Origin: Lama glama
Lineage: Eukaryota
DNA: 63,863 nucleotides
Direction of reading: 5' to 3'
NCBI GenBank assembly: GCA_028534125.1
Contig: CM052830.1
Span: 24,366,138 to 24,430,000, forward strand
Shown here piece after piece: positions 60,805 through 63,863 of this stretch. Position numbers and translations under genes: made by a program. A model generated the notes under the pieces. The model had not been told where the DNA came from. It searched no databases and was given only the letters and a program-made list of their open reading frames with translations. Within the stretch, counting starts at the first letter, position 1, and each line of letters starts with the position of its first letter.

Positions 60805-62312
60805 CTGCGCCGAGCAGAGGGGGAGACAGGCAAGTGTGGCCACAGGGCTGGGCTCTGGGTTCACTCACTGTGTGCGTGTGTCTGTGTGTGTGCACGCTGT
60901 GGGGTGGTGGGATTCAGGGAGCACCCAGGTGCCTGAACACAGGTGTGATCTACCCACAAGGCCACTCCAGGGCGCCGTGTCCACGGCCCTCCCGCCAGCC
61001 GGGGGCAAGTCTGGGCTCTAGCGAGAGGCCTGCTCAGGTCCCTGCAGCGAGGATGGCTGTGTCCGGGCCGTGGGCCCCTCTCCGGCCCTGGCGCCTGGTA
61101 GTCTGCACCGGCTCTCTGCCCCGTCAGCCTTGCCGTCCAGACCCCTGGTGGCCCCTTACGCAACAGGGAAAAGGGCTGGACAGAGGCCACCCCGGGTCCT
61201 GCCTGGTCCTTCCCGGGGTGGCCCCGTGGGGCAGTGAGCACAGGAAGGAGGGACAAGCGCAGGCCGCCGCAGGCCTGGGCCTCCCCTGCCCGGGTGTCCG
61301 GCGCCCTCCGTGTGGGCTGTTCCCAACGGCACGGCTCTCCGTTGCCAGTTCAGCCTCTCCACTCATCATTCATCCAACCATGTCTCGCGCAGACCCTGCC
61401 TGCCAGGCCTGGTGCTGGCGCTGGAAACGCAGGGTCTAGGACAGGCTGGGTCGTTGCTGCAGCCCGTCAGGCCCGACGCTCCCCTGGAGGCCGTGCTGAC
61501 CGACCCAGACAAAGTGTGAGTCCCAGGCACCACGCTCACCGTGGGCGTCAGCCCTGCCCTGGCCTCACTCTTGCGCCCTGGGTCGCTTGAGCAACGCGTT
61601 ATTACCCTCTGCCGACACGGATGGCCATTATCTGAGATATTGTACAGCCCCTGTCGGGCAGGTCTCCTTTTCCCTTCCCCGCATTGACCATGAAAGGAGG
61701 CAGGACATTTAGAGTTCCAAGCAACGTCCCTGGTGCCAGCAAGTGAGGGTCCCTCCCATCCAACAGGGGCAGGCAAATGCTCGCCGGCTGGTGCTTCTAA
61801 AGGACGCAGGCACCACCAGACGCCAGCCCAGGGACGCCTGCGGAGAGGCTGGCATCTGAGGCTCACCCTCCCGCCTCCCAGCTCACGTCCCCGCAGGCTG
61901 TGCTGGGAACGGGCAGAGGGTCTGGCACCGAGAAGGACTGGGGAGGGTGGGGCAGTGCAAACGGCCTCTAGTGGATACAAGCCGTGGGAACCTTGCTCTG
62001 TGGCAGGAGGTGCAGGTCAGCTCACCTCTGTCCCCGAGCTGGGTGGTGACTGCAAGGTCAATAGCATCTTAAGACTTGACAGGGCACGGTTTCCAGCCTC
62101 ACGCGTCTGAAGGCCCAGGAAGCCACGGCTACCGAGAGGGGCGGAAAAGCCCCGCGGCAGAGACAGAAACATCCTCCGGCCCTGCTCAGAAGTGGGGCCC
62201 CGGGGGCCGGGGAGCAACGTTTCCCTCCTGCACAGCACCTTGCCCTGCAAACCAGGCTGCTCGTCCTCCACGGAACGCGGACTCAGGGCCCCATCCCAGA
62301 GTGGGCTCTTGC

Positions 62313-62420
62313 CTCTTCCGCGTTCAGGGCTCTTCTGGACTCTTGCAGACCAGTCTCCCCGTCTCAAACTGGCGCGTCACCCACTGCAGCCACTTGGCAT
62401 CCTCCTTGGCACTCGCGGCG
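62313..62420 (-). pseudogene. NOX5: NOX5 exon 2 remnant (EF-hand 1); ATG>GCG and frameshifting deletion
   Basis: ccag|c gcc GCG agt gcc aag gag gat gcc aag tgg ctg cag tgg gtg acg cgc cag ttt = ASAKEDAKWLQWVTRQF, then a shifted DGETGLQESRRALNAEE|gcaag. It is missed by the ORF track. Confidence 0.9.
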
Positions 62421-63260
62421 CTGGGAGACAAAGGAGACAGGTGTGTGGGTCTGGGGTGGCCGAGGCTATGGGGCCTCACGATGGTCCCGGGGCCTCTGCC
62501 TTCCTCCAGCGAGGGCCTCGGGCCTCCCAGGGGGTTGAACCAGCTTCGGCGGTGGGAGCAGCGCCAAGTCGCCCTCTCTTCCTTCCAGCTGGCACGTTCT
62601 GGCCCAGGCTTAAATCTCTAGGCTCTGGAACGACGGGGCCCTGTGAGCTGGACCCCAGACTGGGAGCACGAGGTCAGAGAACGGTCCCCTCCGGGAGCGC
62701 TACTGACACGATGGCAGCGACCCTCCCACCTCACACGTGCACAGCTCTTCGCTGTTTTCCAACCCTTCCTGCTCACTGTTTCGCCTGGTCTGTTAGCAGG
62801 TGTAAGTTACTCAGCCGCTCTGAGCCCGTTTCTTCCCTCCGACGTCTCTCAGGGAGGAAGCAGGCTCAGAGCGGCTGAGTTACTTAGCTGGTCAGAGACA
62901 GAGGCAGACTCAGCGCCGAGGCCCGAGTTTCCTCCATCGTGCCCCAGTCTCCCCTCGGCCTGAGCACGTCGAGTCCAAGCCGCGTCAGGATGCGGACCTC
63001 CGGCTTGGCTCTCCGGCCCAGGGCTTGGTCCGCGACGTAGAGTCCGCCATCTGAAACCTCGCAGGTGGGCCGGCTGCCCTGCGATCGGAGCCGAGGTCAG
63101 GGGCAACACGGGGACAGCGCTTTCTGGGCATCAGGACCCAGCCAACCAAGACTGAGGCGATGAGTGAGGATCTACAGCCTCTTGTTCTGTTAATTTTCCT
63201 CTGGGAGGATGGCTTTTGTCTACAGCCCATGCGTTTAATGGAACCTTCAGTGATTTAGCT

Positions 63261-63863
63261 ACAATGATCCTCGTCACTCTCAGGCTCCGTATTTGTGAAT
63301 CTGCCTACTTGGTGAAATCTGTCACCCCCCGCCCCCACCAGATCAACGCTCGGCAGCCCTTTCGAGGTCACCGTGGGCACCCGTGAAGTGGGAGCATGTG
63401 AGGGGCTGGCGTGCACGTCCAGCTGCGGTCGGACAAGGTGGCGCCCTGCCTGCTCGGTCAGCTCTCAGACTGAACAAAGGCCCTTCCCACGGACGACGCA
63501 GGGCTGCGCGCCTCCCACGCCCTGCGCCCTCTGCCGGTGAGTCTGCTCTCTGAGATGCCCGGGAGGAGGGCTGCAGTCCTGGCTGCTGTGCCTCAGCCAC
63601 GCGCCGCGCCTCGTGGAGGAACGCACGTGGGGCGGGCTTCGTTCAGACACGAGTCCCAGTGCGCTGACGCAAGATCTGCGTGAACCAACCAACGATTTCT
63701 GCTGTCAGAGGAATCTTCAAACAGAAACACACATAAAACAAAATTGTGTATTGACAGTTATTCGAAAAATCTGTGCCCAGAGGTTGGCAGGAACCAAACC
63801 CTGTATCTTCCCCAGGAGTAAAGGTTCAGACTTGGCTCATTCAGGGTTTGGGGTGACTTTATA
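63261..63863 (-). mobile_element. MER82 (TcMar-Tigger), runs off the window end
   Basis: aaacagaaacacacataaaacaaaattgtgtattga...cagaggttggcaggaaccaaaccctgtat...gtgactttata match MER82. Confidence 0.8.

Larger units (their letters stand above)
54248..62420 (-). pseudogene. NOX5: NOX5 (EF-hand NADPH oxidase 5) unprocessed pseudogene; coding exons 2-7 recognisable
   Basis: Six collinear exons with AG acceptors translate to NOX5-specific peptides: EDAKWLQWVTRQF, SFFTERFFAL, GSGSIDADELRTVLQSCLRES, VMVAKGCGQCFNFDCSFI, LPLDQNVQFHQ and ASPFQFWELL. They carry multiple inactivating lesions. Confidence 0.95.

Noticed and set aside
61960-61978. CTCF-like motifs (also ~12372 and ~43443)
   Set aside because: Each deviates from the core consensus, and partial matches are frequent in GC-rich DNA.
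54248-62420. Processed NOX5 retrocopy, or a DUOX/other NOX paralog
   Set aside because: Introns are retained at NOX5 positions, and the four-EF-hand N-terminus and peptides are NOX5-specific.

Overview
GC- and CpG-rich mammalian genomic DNA from a draft assembly with two N gaps. It is probably a camelid: the L1 3' ends look camelid-type and I saw no ruminant, pig, carnivore or primate SINEs (inference). The only recognisable gene is an intron-containing, heavily disabled NOX5 (Ca2+-activated NADPH oxidase 5) on the minus strand at about 54.2-62.4 kb. Six exons (human coding exons 2-7) lie in order. They carry a lost ATG, four frameshifts, a nonsense codon and two destroyed splice donors. The exons for the FAD/NADPH-binding half could not be found downstream, apart from one weak exon-15-like trace. 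The remaining ~54 kb looks intergenic: MIR, L2, L1, MaLR/ERV LTRs, MER DNA transposons, microsatellites, a U6 snRNA-L1 chimeric retrocopy with target-site duplications, and a few AT-rich, homeobox-motif-rich enhancer candidates. Old repeats show a strong A/T-to-G/C substitution bias, consistent with GC-biased gene conversion. Almost all ORFs in the supplied track are GC-driven noise. I found no prokaryote-type system such as CRISPR or operons, and no convincing new protein-coding gene. Repeat names and human NOX5 comparisons come from recalled consensus and protein sequences aligned by eye, so repeat boundaries are approximate.
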